A stretch of DNA of 64,000 nt from Saccharolobus islandicus REY15A (GCF_000189555.1 NC_017276.1); one strand, 5' to 3'. Positions 28,556 to 39,066 are shown, numbered from the stretch's first letter. Notes: a model not told the origin generated them from the letters alone. A program made the numbers and translations.

Positions 28556-28931
28556 TACGAACATATTGGTTTATTCAACTTTTGAAGATTCCGAGAACCA
28601 TTTTGAAGCTCTAGAAATTATAGAAAAAGAGGACGTTAAAATTCTGCAGATAGTCGTTTATGAGTTTTTATGGGTTTTAGCCAAACTTACATCAGATGTT
28701 TCCTTAATAAAAACTAAGATTGAAGAGTTAAGAGAGTTTGAAATTATATGCGAAAGCCCGGAAACCATACTCAATGGCGTAAAAATGTTAAAGGAAGACG
28801 GTAAACCTTTAAAGATGTTAAATGATTACGTTGTTCTAGCCTTAGCTAAGGAATTAAAAGGAGATTTAGCAACCTATGATGAAAAATTAAGGAAAATTGC
28901 TGAAAAACATGGTGTAAGAACAATTCCTTAA
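28542..28931 (+). CDS. vapC: PIN-domain toxin (VapC)
   Basis: IVVDTNILV, LNDYVVLA, LATYDEKL. Confidence 0.92.
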   Translation: MIVVDTNILVYSTFEDSENHFEALEIIEKEDVKILQIVVYEFLWVLAKLTSDVSLIKTKIEELREFEIICESPETILNGVKMLKEDGKPLKMLNDYVVLALAKELKGDLATYDEKLRKIAEKHGVRTIP

Positions 28932-29150
28932 AGGGTCGGACTTTCAAAGACTTTAAGGGATATAACTACTGATGACGACATTAAAGATCAACAGTTGAAG
29001 GATAAGGTATTAACTTTGTTACCCCTTTGGGCTGAAGATTTGGAAAAAGCTTTACATTCATGTTTTAACGGTAAGGATGGTTCTAAGTGGATTAAGGAAT
29101 TTGCTTCTCTTTCAATTTCACCAGAGAATGTCCGGAATGTAATTATCTGA
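28932..29150 (+). pseudogene. Start-less C-terminal gene remnant
   Basis: Frame open for 73 codons (RVGLSKTLRDITT...NVRNVII*), beginning immediately after the vapC stop. Confidence 0.3.
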
Positions 29151-29298
29151 ATGAATATATAAATGGAATGATAAATATTAATATTATCAGAAGTATAAAA
29201 CCTGGTTAATCTGGAAAAACTTAAGTTACCTTACTGCCTATTTCATTTCCTTATTAAGCTTTATAACGTATAGTATCATACAAGGTAAGATTAAGTCT

Positions 29299-29697
29299 AT
29301 GAGCAATTACACTGCAATAGTAATTGGGGTTTTATCCTTAATTCCATTCATATTCATGGAGAACGTAATAAGTAGTAATAGATATATGGAGATACTTATG
29401 AATATGATATTGCCCGCAACTCTTGGAATAAACTTGTATAATCCTTATCGTATAACTTTATTAATACTAGCCTTAGGCTTGACAGTCATGGGTATTTTAA
29501 TCTCTATAATAAAGGGGAATTTGAGTGCAGGAATAGGTTACTTTATTGTAATAAGTGCGGTATTTTTGGGAATTGACGGATATACTTTATTGCTATATAT
29601 GATCTCTCCAATTATAGGATTTTATCTGATGAATTTTGAAGACACTAAAAGGAAAAAGTATATAATTGAGATTATTAGTCTAACGAGAAAAGGTTAA
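29299..29697 (+). CDS. Hypothetical membrane protein
   Basis: 132 aa, about four hydrophobic segments. Confidence 0.6.
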   Translation: MSNYTAIVIGVLSLIPFIFMENVISSNRYMEILMNMILPATLGINLYNPYRITLLILALGLTVMGILISIIKGNLSAGIGYFIVISAVFLGIDGYTLLLYMISPIIGFYLMNFEDTKRKKYIIEIISLTRKG

Positions 29698-30447
29698 AAG
29701 TAATCCCTACTTTTTTGATTATAAAAATATACTGAAGTTAAAGAATAGAATTTACTAGAAAATAGTTACATTATGCAATTCTCATAATTGTTCTCACTTG
29801 GTCATCCTATTTGTTAGATAAATGTATAATTATTCGACGAGTGTTAACAATACAATTTTTTACTTATATGAGAGTGACGAGACGTTATCCAAATTGATCA
29901 AAAGTGAAACATTATTATAAATATAACATTCTTATCTTATATAATTACACACTAAATTTGTCAATATCTTATCGTGTCGAAATCATGAAACTGCATGTTA
30001 GTCCAGGAAGTTCTTATTTTCATTTTCATATTGGCGATTTCAAGTCTTATATCAAATACTTATGAAAGCGTTTTATTGATCGCTTCAAATTTTCATCTAA
30101 GTTTGAGGGTTAAACTTTTAATCTAACGTTTGATTCTGAATTTAAGAAAATGGTGAGTTTAACATTTAAAAGACGAATTCTATAAAATACCTAGAAAAGA
30201 ACAAACTTTCCCCTTAGTTTAAACGTCAGTGAAGTCCGACTCCAGATTTAACACTGAGTAGATAAATACAAAGTAAAAGTGATTTTTGTTAAAGCGTTCC
30301 ACAATTCATTAATGACTTTCCATAGATATTTTTATTATGGAAAATCTAAGCATTGCCCTACTAGTAGAAGTTGCTACTCATTTTCCTTGAAACTACTTTT
30401 CTAGCTTTTAATGAATACATATAAGTGTTTAGTTAGTATGTTAATTT

Positions 30448-31023
30448 ATGAAAGTCGTCGTATTTGCCTCAAGTAGAGAAGCGGAAATGGAGGAACCAGT
30501 ATTTTGCGATAGGGATACCGTAAGGGTTGACGCCAGTAGGTGTACTGGGAAGGGAATTAACGTCGCTCCATATATAGCAAGATATTTAAAGGATTTGGGT
30601 TTTCACGTTTTAGTGGTTGACCCATTTGCTGAGGAAAGTTATTATGAGGCTGATGAGGTGATAAAAGGTACTACTTTCCAAATTCCAGATGATGTTGTAA
30701 AGGACAATTACGTAATAGTTGCAACTAGGCACGTTTACGATACTTGGGCTATTATGAAGTCAATTTATGGTGGAGCTAAGGAGATTGCTGTAATTATGAG
30801 CTTAAAGAGAGCTGAGGTAATATTGAAGAGGCTTGTCCAAGCCGGAATTGATAAAGAGAAATTAAAGAAATTGAGAATTCCAGCCGGTTTAGATATTGGT
30901 GCTAAGAGCGAGAAAGAGATCGCTCTATCGATTGTCGCTGAAGTCTTAGCTGTGACAAGAGGTAGTATGGGATTACCTCTTAGAGAAGTTAAGGGGTTTG
31001 AAAAGCTTTTGGAGAAATTATGA
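30448..31023 (+). CDS. XdhC/CoxI-family molybdoenzyme maturation factor (Rossmann domain)
   Basis: VVDPF, IVATRH, RIPAGLDIGAKSEKEIALSIVAEV. Confidence 0.85.
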   Translation: MKVVVFASSREAEMEEPVFCDRDTVRVDASRCTGKGINVAPYIARYLKDLGFHVLVVDPFAEESYYEADEVIKGTTFQIPDDVVKDNYVIVATRHVYDTWAIMKSIYGGAKEIAVIMSLKRAEVILKRLVQAGIDKEKLKKLRIPAGLDIGAKSEKEIALSIVAEVLAVTRGSMGLPLREVKGFEKLLEKL

Positions 31024-31129
31024 GACATTAAAATTGTATTTGAAGAAGATTAACTTTAATTCTAGATAATTCTTCCTCTACGACAGTATAAGGAAATGTT
31101 TATTTGAATGTATCACTATCTTTTAGTGT

Positions 31130-32461
31130 ATGAAGGAAGAGATCAACAAAGAAGAGGAGCTGAATAAGGGGAGTAAAAAGTTATCATTTAAGGACATATT
31201 CTTCATCTCCTTTGGTGGACAAGCACCCTTTATCTCCTTAATAACCTTCGGTACTGTCATGATAGGAAAAGTAGGAACACAAGCGCCATTTGCCATGTTG
31301 GTCGCAACTCTCGTAGTCCTATTTAACGGTCTAGTCATTTACTCTTTATCAAGTAGATTTAAGAGGGGTGGGGGATATTATACATACGCATTTTACTCCT
31401 TAACCTCTAGGTTAGGGTTGAATACGGGTTGGAACTATTTACTTTACGGGTTGGCTTATGGTGGGACATTACTCACAGGTGGAGCTTACGTACTGTACAC
31501 TATTATTTCAACGTACGTACCCTCTACAATACTGCCTTCAATATTTTACGATCAGTGGTTTTACGCATTAATTGTAGGAATAATTGCAACGTCAATAGTA
31601 CTTGCTGGAGTACAAGTGTCAGCTAAGTACGCTATTGGAGCGTCAATAGCAGAAATCTTAATAATTTCCCTACTTTCCCTACTATTTCTTTACGATTCTA
31701 GATGGAATTTTTACAATCCAATACCGAGTTCAATAACACCCACCTTAATATCAGCTGTAGTATTTGGATTGGGAATACCAACAGGTTACGGCTCAATAGC
31801 TCCCTTAGGTGGAGAAACCAATCCTAAAACCATAGGTAGAGCTGCAATTTCAGTGTTATTATTTGGTGGAGGTTTAGCAACGTTTTTCTTTTACTCCTTG
31901 GCAGCCATGAACTTCACTGGAAACTTAATATACTACTTACTATTTAGATTTGGCTTAATAGGTACATTCATAATAGCTCTCATCGCGTTAAGCGATGGAA
32001 CGTTAGGAGGAATGACGTATATTTTAGCTGATTCCCGAACATTGAAGGCAATGGCTGAGGATAGGATAATGCCAAGTGGTCTCTCTAAGGTGAAATACTC
32101 TGAGCTACTTGTGGGATTAGTCTTCATAACTGCGTTAACTGCAATGAGCTACACCTTTGGATTATACAACACTTTCACAATACTTGGAGCGTTAGCTGGT
32201 TTAAACAACTTGTTTGTTCACATCTCGGCCAATTCCTCACTAATTAGGATTGCATCAAAGAGAGCATTGAAGCATCTTCATGAAATATTTATAGGGATTT
32301 TTGCATCACTGGTCAGTATATCAGTCTTTCTATACTCTTTGCCAACGTTTAACAAGTACATTGTGTATCTGTTCTTTGGTTGGATAATTTTAGGTTTCAT
32401 TTACGCTGAGGCGTTGGAAATAAGTAGACAATCAAGCGAGGAAGAGGGTTCTAAGGGTTAA
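31130..32461 (+). CDS. APC-family amino acid permease
   Basis: About 12 TM helices; FGGQAP, GGYYTYA, GWNYLL motifs. Confidence 0.85.
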   Translation: MKEEINKEEELNKGSKKLSFKDIFFISFGGQAPFISLITFGTVMIGKVGTQAPFAMLVATLVVLFNGLVIYSLSSRFKRGGGYYTYAFYSLTSRLGLNTGWNYLLYGLAYGGTLLTGGAYVLYTIISTYVPSTILPSIFYDQWFYALIVGIIATSIVLAGVQVSAKYAIGASIAEILIISLLSLLFLYDSRWNFYNPIPSSITPTLISAVVFGLGIPTGYGSIAPLGGETNPKTIGRAAISVLLFGGGLATFFFYSLAAMNFTGNLIYYLLFRFGLIGTFIIALIALSDGTLGGMTYILADSRTLKAMAEDRIMPSGLSKVKYSELLVGLVFITALTAMSYTFGLYNTFTILGALAGLNNLFVHISANSSLIRIASKRALKHLHEIFIGIFASLVSISVFLYSLPTFNKYIVYLFFGWIILGFIYAEALEISRQSSEEEGSKG

Positions 32462-33425
32462 ATTCATTACATTCAAGCTTATCCTTTAAAGAAGATGCTA
32501 GCTTAATTATGTCGAATTCCTCTAAGGTCTTTACATATCGCAATCCGTTATCATTACATATGAACTTTCTCACTCTCCCTACTTTAGTTGGTAGTTTTTC
32601 GTCAATAATCTTATCCAAATTATATGCACTGAAGAAACCCCAATAACCACCGAATAAGAAGTACTTATCGTTAACTCCTATCTCCTTAAGATCGATTATC
32701 TTATCAAGTGCTGACAATATTGTACCAACTCCGTTATTATATTCCCTATAGTTTCTATAAATCCCCATAAGTTTGGCGAGTATATAAGAAGGAGCATTGA
32801 TAAAAATCTTATATGGTGTTGAGTGTTTAGAATACACTATGTTCATATCACTCCAGTTATATCCCAAACCCCTAATAACGTCCAATTTGTTTTTAAACCT
32901 CCTAGCGTAATATTTTAAACCTTTAGCATATCTCCTCTCCCTAGCTAACTCATTATGTAACTCAGCGTGAGTAAGTGCAGGGATAAAATAATCGAAGCCA
33001 ACTCTAGAAACAATCTCCCAATCCTCAGCCCTGTTTAAATTCCTCCAACTCCCTTTCTCCAATATGGTCTCTCTCTTAACAACGAACCCGTTAACTAAAT
33101 TTACTAAAGTTCTCTTATCCCTCGGAGCCCATTCTAGGATTTTATGAAAACTCTCATTGTACCTCATATCCAAGTCAAAGTAAGTTGTAATACTGTTCTC
33201 TGGGCAATGTTTTAAAGAATAGTCTCTACCCTTACCCCTAGTTGATTTCAGCCTATATAGTATTAAATTATAATCCTTTTTCAACCCTTGTAACCTCTCC
33301 CATGTACCATCTGTGGAATAATTATCAGTAATCACTATGATGGAATCACTTCTCCAAACGCTCTTTACACTCTCCTCCAATGTTGAGACATTGTTGAAAA
33401 CCGTTGAGTAAATGCAATAATTCAC
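32451..33425 (-). CDS. Glycosyltransferase family 2
   Basis: STVFNN, DNYSTDGT, RGKGR, FDLD (DxD). Confidence 0.85.
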   Translation of the reverse strand: MNYCIYSTVFNNVSTLEESVKSVWRSDSIIVITDNYSTDGTWERLQGLKKDYNLILYRLKSTRGKGRDYSLKHCPENSITTYFDLDMRYNESFHKILEWAPRDKRTLVNLVNGFVVKRETILEKGSWRNLNRAEDWEIVSRVGFDYFIPALTHAELHNELARERRYAKGLKYYARRFKNKLDVIRGLGYNWSDMNIVYSKHSTPYKIFINAPSYILAKLMGIYRNYREYNNGVGTILSALDKIIDLKEIGVNDKYFLFGGYWGFFSAYNLDKIIDEKLPTKVGRVRKFICNDNGLRYVKTLEEFDIIKLASSLKDKLECNEFNP

Positions 33426-33693
33426 ACTCTACATCTTTCTTGATGTTATAATAAGATTTTCCATTATCGAACCGTGGAATAATCATTAAGTATTGTGTAA
33501 AGACAATTAAAGAATTTCACAATCTAAAGTCTCACCATTAGGGACAAGGAGAGTAAGCTAATAGACATCTAGATTACCATGAGGTCGTTATATTTAAAGT
33601 AAGGTTGAATTAGAGAGATAGATGTAAAGACCAAAGGAGAATTGAAGTATTTCACGATAACGCTTAAAACTTCACTATTATAGTATTCTATAT

Positions 33694-34164
33694 ATGGAGG
33701 ATCTGATTAAGAAGGCTGAAGAGTACGATATTGACATTAACGACCTCATAATTGACGCCATTTCAAGGAAAGATCCTAAGGAGGCGATTAACTTAAGAAT
33801 AGAATTAGCGAAGAAGTACATTGCGGAAGCGGAGGACTATTTGAAGAAAGGTGACGCTGTACAAGCTTCAGAGAAAGCTTATAAAACTGCTGAAGAGATC
33901 GTTAAGGCCTTAGCGGAGAAGTTCAATATTCCAGAATATCAGCAAGCATCGAAAGAAGGAAGGTGGTATACTTATTGGTTAGCTTCCGCAGTTAATAGAT
34001 TAGCTAAGGATTTAGGGGATTGGATTTTAAATGGTTGGAATTCTGCTTATATTCTTCACGTATGGGGTTTTCATGAAGTAAAACTTTCAACTTCAGATAT
34101 TACTGAGTACTTAAGAAAAGTTAAGGAAATGTTAGATAACGTGATAAAGGTATTGGAGAAATAG
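33694..34164 (+). CDS. PaREP1-family protein
   Basis: GDAVQASEKAYKTAEE and LHVWGFHE; paralogue of 17304..17774. Confidence 0.88.
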   Translation: MEDLIKKAEEYDIDINDLIIDAISRKDPKEAINLRIELAKKYIAEAEDYLKKGDAVQASEKAYKTAEEIVKALAEKFNIPEYQQASKEGRWYTYWLASAVNRLAKDLGDWILNGWNSAYILHVWGFHEVKLSTSDITEYLRKVKEMLDNVIKVLEK

Positions 34165-34748
34165 CATTCTATTAAAAATTCAAAATATCAATGAGATATA
34201 ATTAATTTAAAATATTAAGCATTATAAGAAAATTTAACTTATAAATAAGATTACTTTCTAGGAAGAACATCTTGGTTAAGGGTGTTAGTTCTGCTAGACT
34301 TCCCGTTGAGGGATCAAGATTAGGGAAGGTAAGGCTTCAGCAACGACTTTGAGGGGTGCTGTGATAGAGGTATTCTTCCTCAACATCTATCGTGATCTTG
34401 AAGTACTCTTAACGAGGATTAGGACAAGGGTACTAGTTAATTAACAAGGCTTGTTTACTAGTTTTAGTTGTGAATATACCAAATTTTATTGTAAAACTGT
34501 ACAATTATTTGTATAATACTTGTTAATACATATTATATAATCTTTTATAGTTGAATATAATGAATAATTTTATTGTAAGAAATATTATAGTTAAGATAAT
34601 TTTTCAATTTTGCTCAAGTTGGATAGCGTCATGTGAAATGTCATTAACGCTAATAGGCATCTTGTTAGCATTGGAAAGCTCTGAATTATTATCAGCTGTA
34701 TATAATTATCTTCTCGACGTTTTAAGATTTTACCTTTAATCTCTAGCA

Positions 34749-34960
34749 TCTCAGTCTTTTCCGGAAAAGTGAACTACCACGCCCTAACGGACGTGGCTTC
34801 CTGCTTCACAGCCGAGGCTTGCCAAAGGTAGAGGTCTCAGCTCCACAGGCACTAAGGGTCGTTCCGACCCCGATCTACTCAGAATATTAAGAGAAGCATT
34901 ATAATCACGGTCTACAGTCCAACCGCAGGAAGGACAGACAAACACACGATCAGCCAAAGC
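34749..34960 (-). ncRNA. Predicted TnpB omega/reRNA (scaffold plus flank-derived guide)
   Basis: Known TnpB architecture: right-end scaffold ending TTCAC, guide from the flank (TTTTCCGGAAAAGACTGAGA). The 5' boundary is an estimate. Confidence 0.55.
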
Positions 34961-36087
34961 CAAGTCCTTCTTAACGTAACCGCACCTAGCACAAATCATT
35001 GAAGTAAAAGCAGGATTAACAAAACGAATCTCCTTACCATACTTCCCAACTTGATACTCCATAATACTCCTAAACTCATGAAAAGCAACATCGTGCAACC
35101 TCATCCTCAGCCTTCTGAGAGACTTACCAACAATTTGCTTAACATGAATATCCTCCATTACGAGAACATCATAATGCTCAGCAAAATACTTCCCCAGTTT
35201 CATGTACATATCCATCCTCAAGTTCTTCAAGTGCTCATAAGCCCTTGCAAGCTTAACCTTTGCCTTAAACCAGTTGTGTGACAAGAACTTCTTCCTTGAA
35301 AGAGCTTTATGAAGTCTCTTCATCTTGTTGAGCGCCTTCTCGTAAGGCCTCATGTTTGGCACGTATTCCCCATCAGAGGTAGTGAGAAGTTTCTCTACAC
35401 CAACGTCCACAGCAACAACTTTGTTTGTCTTGGGGAGTTGAGGATACTCTTGATCCACAACGAAAGTGATGTACAATCTGCTTGAAGGTGCCAGCTTGAC
35501 TACTACCCTCTCCACTTTTTCCAGTTGGAAATCCCTATGAACAACGACGTTGAAGATACCTAGGTTTGAAAGCTGAAGCGTCATTACCTTCTTCTTGTTC
35601 TTCTTGCTTTTCGTCCTTATTTCTCTCACCTTCATGACTTTCCAACCTGACTGAGGGTAGACTAGTGAGTACCACTTGTGTGCTTTCTTTTCCTTGGGGA
35701 AGTGTGCTAACCCTTCGAAGAACCTCTGTCTAGCGTCGTAGAATCTGTCTGCGATCTGTTGTAGTGTTTGGGAATATAGATGTTGATATTGTTTATCCTG
35801 TTTTCTTAGATCGAGAGCTAGTTGTCTCAACTCCGTCTTAGTGAGTCCTTTTCCGTCTCTCTCATGAAAATAGATGTCTGCCCAACGTAGGGTGTTGTAC
35901 ACTTCACACGCTAACCTCAATTGGGCTTTTAACGCCCTCAATGTTTGTTCGTCAGCGTAAGCTCTAAAGCGTAACCCTACGTCAGACATTAATAGAATAT
36001 TTGAAAAAGAATTATTTAAATATAAGGGGGCTATCCATCCACTCCCTCACGGAAGGGGTCTTTCGCCCCTTTGAACCCCTTGTTAAG
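34769..36087 (-). mobile_element. IS200/IS605-family tnpB-only element (ISC1316-like, 1319 bp)
   Basis: Right end TTCAC at 34769-34773; left-end hairpin AAGGGG-CGAAAG-ACCCCTT; preceded by TTTAT (36092-36088); no tnpA. Confidence 0.85.
34784..35989 (-). CDS. tnpB: TnpB RNA-guided endonuclease
   Basis: RuvC-I VAVDVG, RuvC-II VMEDI, CARC/CPSC Zn finger, Ruv[13 protein letters not shown]; all catalytic residues intact. Confidence 0.95.
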   Translation of the reverse strand: MSDVGLRFRAYADEQTLRALKAQLRLACEVYNTLRWADIYFHERDGKGLTKTELRQLALDLRKQDKQYQHLYSQTLQQIADRFYDARQRFFEGLAHFPKEKKAHKWYSLVYPQSGWKVMKVREIRTKSKKNKKKVMTLQLSNLGIFNVVVHRDFQLEKVERVVVKLAPSSRLYITFVVDQEYPQLPKTNKVVAVDVGVEKLLTTSDGEYVPNMRPYEKALNKMKRLHKALSRKKFLSHNWFKAKVKLARAYEHLKNLRMDMYMKLGKYFAEHYDVLVMEDIHVKQIVGKSLRRLRMRLHDVAFHEFRSIMEYQVGKYGKEIRFVNPAFTSMICARCGYVKKDLALADRVFVCPSCGWTVDRDYNASLNILSRSGSERPLVPVELRPLPLASLGCEAGSHVR

Positions 36088-36320
36088 ATAAAAAGTAATA
36101 TCCATAAGTACTTTCATTTCAACAAATTAAGTTGGTCAATGATGAGCTTTATGATTGCGAACTCATTCATCATAATTATATACTAGAAGAAGGGTGGTTA
36201 CTCATTTCGAAAGGACAGACTGTCACACCTTATCGAAACTTTTTCCTTCTGTAATCAAAGGATAATACTCTCTTTAAGATATTATCTTCCTAATATCTAG
36301 CTACAAAAGCTAAAACCTAC

Positions 36321-36352
36321 ACTTTCGGTGTTCTCTCTAAAGACTTAATTTA
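36321..36352 (+). promoter_or_regulatory. dpo2-operon promoter with ANTTTC damage-responsive element
   Basis: ACTTTC at 36321-36326, BRE-like CTAAAGA, TTAATTTA at 36345-36352, about 20 nt before the ATG. Sulfolobus dpo2 operons are known to be damage inducible. Confidence 0.55.
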
Positions 36353-36372
36353 CCAAGGGAGAGATATATCAC

Positions 36373-36639
36373 ATGGGAAGAACACAGCCATCATACACCA
36401 TGGCAGTTAATAGAGAGTTAGAAAAGCTTGAAAGAATTATAGAGCGCTTACATTCTCCCACATTATCTCTTTTACTAGAAAGAGTTAAGGAAAAAGTAAG
36501 GTATACTCAAAGTGCATCCTATGACGAACTCATTGATCCCTATAACCTTGTTTACTTTACGCTAATTTGGGCTTTGGCGGAGGAATGCGAGAAATGGAGG
36601 AGTACGTACTTGACGCTTATCCGGTCAAAGGAGGAGTGA
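36373..36639 (+). CDS. Small PolB2-associated protein
   Basis: MGRTQPS N-terminus; first gene of the conserved PolB2 operon. Confidence 0.75.
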   Translation: MGRTQPSYTMAVNRELEKLERIIERLHSPTLSLLLERVKEKVRYTQSASYDELIDPYNLVYFTLIWALAEECEKWRSTYLTLIRSKEE

Positions 36640-38252
36640 AGCTATTCCTAAGCAATTTCAAGGAGAAAAGTATCAGAACAACGTTCCCAGTTTATGCCAT
36701 AACAGATAACCCCGATGTAGTACTACAACACCCAGAAGTGAAATATTACGAAGAGGAAAAATGGAAAACGTTGAATGGAAAAGAGGCTAAAGTTTACCGC
36801 TTTGAGGTTGAATCCTTTGACGCTTATTATTACATGAGGAAAAGGCTAAACGTCGTGAACGAAACACCAACAGTACTATCACAAACGCTATACCGCCTAG
36901 GGATAAAGCCCTTTAGGAGACTAAACTCTTCCGATGACGAATTCCCAAAGGTAACCATTGCGAAAGTTGTACCTTTAGATTGGTATGGCGAATCGTTAAA
37001 AGGGAAAGTGTTTGAAGTTAAAATAAATAACGAGGTTAGGAGATTTTACGAAAAACCCGAAGTTGAGGCTGATATCACTGAATGTTTAGGAGAAGCGTGT
37101 AATTACGTGAAGTCAAACGTTAAGATTAGGATTGAGAAGAAGAGATCTCCAGTTTCAGCTAAGGGTTTAATAGAGTGGTCCCTAATTTCACTTACCCCAC
37201 TTCACGAGATAGCCTACGCAACGATTGGTAAAGTTTTAACTACAAATGAGGCTTGGGTTGCGTTTAAGAGGAGAATAATCATACCTAAAATTGTTCCAAG
37301 AGTTGAGAAGTTGAGAAGGTTAGAGAATATAATGATGGCGGATAAGGGAGGATTAATACTCTTCCCACAGCCCGGATGTTACGATAACGTTTATCAAGTT
37401 GACTTCTCTTCAATGTACCCCTCCTTGATTGTAAAATACAACATTTCAGCTGAAACCGTTGACGCTTGTGATGATATAAAAACGGAACTGCATTCAATTT
37501 GCTTAAGGGAAAAGGGAATTATACCAGAAGCCTTAGAGTGGTTGATAAAGAGAAAATCAGAGCTGAAGAGAATTGATAAGGAGAGGGCTGAGGCAATAAA
37601 GTGGATTTTAGTTGCCTCTTTTGGCTATCTAGGTTATAGGAATTCCTTGTTTGGGAAGATTGAGGCTTACGAAATGGTCACATATTTAGCTAGGAAAACG
37701 TTAAGGAGGACAATGGAGATTGCCGAGGAGATGGGGTTGAAGGTTTTACACAGTATAATAGATTCACTAGTTGTTAAGGGGGATAACATTGATAAATTCA
37801 TTGAGAGGGTCGAGAAAGAAACGGGGCTAAGACTGGATCACAAACGTTACAATTGGATTATCTTTACTACTACCAGAAATGACACACCATATCCTACAAG
37901 ATATATTGCAAACATGAATGGTGAAATAATCGCTAAGGGTTTAATAAGGGAGAACATGCCAAACATTGTTAAGTCGTTTTTGAAAGACGTATTAAGGGGG
38001 CTTTCATTAACTAGGACTTGTTCTGATGTTAAAAAGGTTAGGATTAGGGATTTGTATGAGAAGTATAGAAAGAGGACCATAAACGGTGAGCCAATAGATT
38101 ACGTTATATGGATTAAGGGCGTTCCTTACGTGAGGGGAATTAAAGGTTTCTATGACGCTAGACTAGGTTATATGGGAAGAGATGTGAATTACTACATCAA
38201 TTACTTGAGGAGGGTTTATGACAACGTGGAAGAGGTGATCTCTAGATGTTAA
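36585..38252 (+). CDS. dpo2: B-family DNA polymerase PolB2 (Dpo2)
   Basis: DFSSMYPS, KWILVASFGYLG, variant motif C HSIIDSL, no recognisable exonuclease motifs. Start set at ATG 36585 after GGAGG. Confidence 0.92.
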   Translation: MREMEEYVLDAYPVKGGVKLFLSNFKEKSIRTTFPVYAITDNPDVVLQHPEVKYYEEEKWKTLNGKEAKVYRFEVESFDAYYYMRKRLNVVNETPTVLSQTLYRLGIKPFRRLNSSDDEFPKVTIAKVVPLDWYGESLKGKVFEVKINNEVRRFYEKPEVEADITECLGEACNYVKSNVKIRIEKKRSPVSAKGLIEWSLISLTPLHEIAYATIGKVLTTNEAWVAFKRRIIIPKIVPRVEKLRRLENIMMADKGGLILFPQPGCYDNVYQVDFSSMYPSLIVKYNISAETVDACDDIKTELHSICLREKGIIPEALEWLIKRKSELKRIDKERAEAIKWILVASFGYLGYRNSLFGKIEAYEMVTYLARKTLRRTMEIAEEMGLKVLHSIIDSLVVKGDNIDKFIERVEKETGLRLDHKRYNWIIFTTTRNDTPYPTRYIANMNGEIIAKGLIRENMPNIVKSFLKDVLRGLSLTRTCSDVKKVRIRDLYEKYRKRTINGEPIDYVIWIKGVPYVRGIKGFYDARLGYMGRDVNYYINYLRRVYDNVEEVISRC

Positions 38253-38821
38253 CTACTGGCTTTCCCTTTCTAGACGAGATAATAAAGAGGGATGATATTG
38301 TGGAGTTCTTCTCAACTGATTACGATTTGTTGAGAATTTTCTATCATAGGGTTATAGCCATTTCAGCCCCAGTTTACGTTGTAGTAGTTTCCGAAAGGGG
38401 TGGATTAGATCCTTACCTAATTGGGCGTTTTCAAAACGTTTTCGATAATCACGCTGAAGTATATATAAGGAGGGCTTTCAAGGCTGAAGATGTGCCAATT
38501 ACTATAGATTCAATGGGAGATAACGACTTAATAGTTATTGATCCTTATCATCATAGAAAGAATTACACTAAGATCGTCTCATCATTGAGGAAAGTTAGGA
38601 GTAGGAAGTTCTTGTTCAGTTTTATGGATAGGGAAAGAGAGGGTTCGATTTTCGGTTCACACACTTCTCACTCTATGATTAAGTTGGTGAAGAGTGCTAG
38701 AGGTTTTAAGTTCGTTATAGTAAAAAGCGTTACTAGTAGAGAGATTGAAATTCCTAGTTATTTGTTAGATTTATACAGTAAAGTAAGTGATGATGGAGGT
38801 TTGTTAAAATATATGGTTTAG
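38246..38821 (+). CDS. PolB2-associated degenerate RecA/RadA-like protein
   Basis: LTTGFPFLDE start typical of RecA/KaiC folds, no intact Walker A; overlaps the dpo2 stop. Confidence 0.65.
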   Translation: MLTTGFPFLDEIIKRDDIVEFFSTDYDLLRIFYHRVIAISAPVYVVVVSERGGLDPYLIGRFQNVFDNHAEVYIRRAFKAEDVPITIDSMGDNDLIVIDPYHHRKNYTKIVSSLRKVRSRKFLFSFMDREREGSIFGSHTSHSMIKLVKSARGFKFVIVKSVTSREIEIPSYLLDLYSKVSDDGGLLKYMV

Positions 38822-38859
38822 TAGCTGATTTTTTCCTATCTAGTGTAAATGGACATATA

Positions 38860-38921
38860 GTGTTTACCCGTGGCGTAACTTTTCCTTACTTTTAATCACT
38901 TCTAATTCCGCCATGGGCACC
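38860..38921 (-). repeat. Truncated copy of the 299-bp repeat, cut by an IS110 left end
   Basis: GTGTTTACCCGTGGCGTAAC...GGGCACC nearly identical to 42945-43006. Confidence 0.9.
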
Positions 38922-39066
38922 TATATAGGTTTTATTAGTCGGGGAGAGTAATACTCTCCTCGGCTGGGGTATGGCCGACCCCTTAACTGAAGCTAAGTCT
39001 TCGGGCAAGGGCGTGACGCTCCCCTACCGTTGGACTGAACATTGTGATAAAATTCACGGATATAGG
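38922..39066 (+). mobile_element. Isolated ISC1229-type left end (bridge-RNA region only)
   Basis: Starts TATATAGGTTTTATTAGTCGGGGAGAGTAATACTCTCC as at 26586; homology stops at GATATAGG (39066); no transposase follows. Confidence 0.88.

Noticed and set aside
34270-34440. GC-richer segment resembling a transposase remnant
   Set aside because: No recognisable motif, end sequence or second copy in the window.
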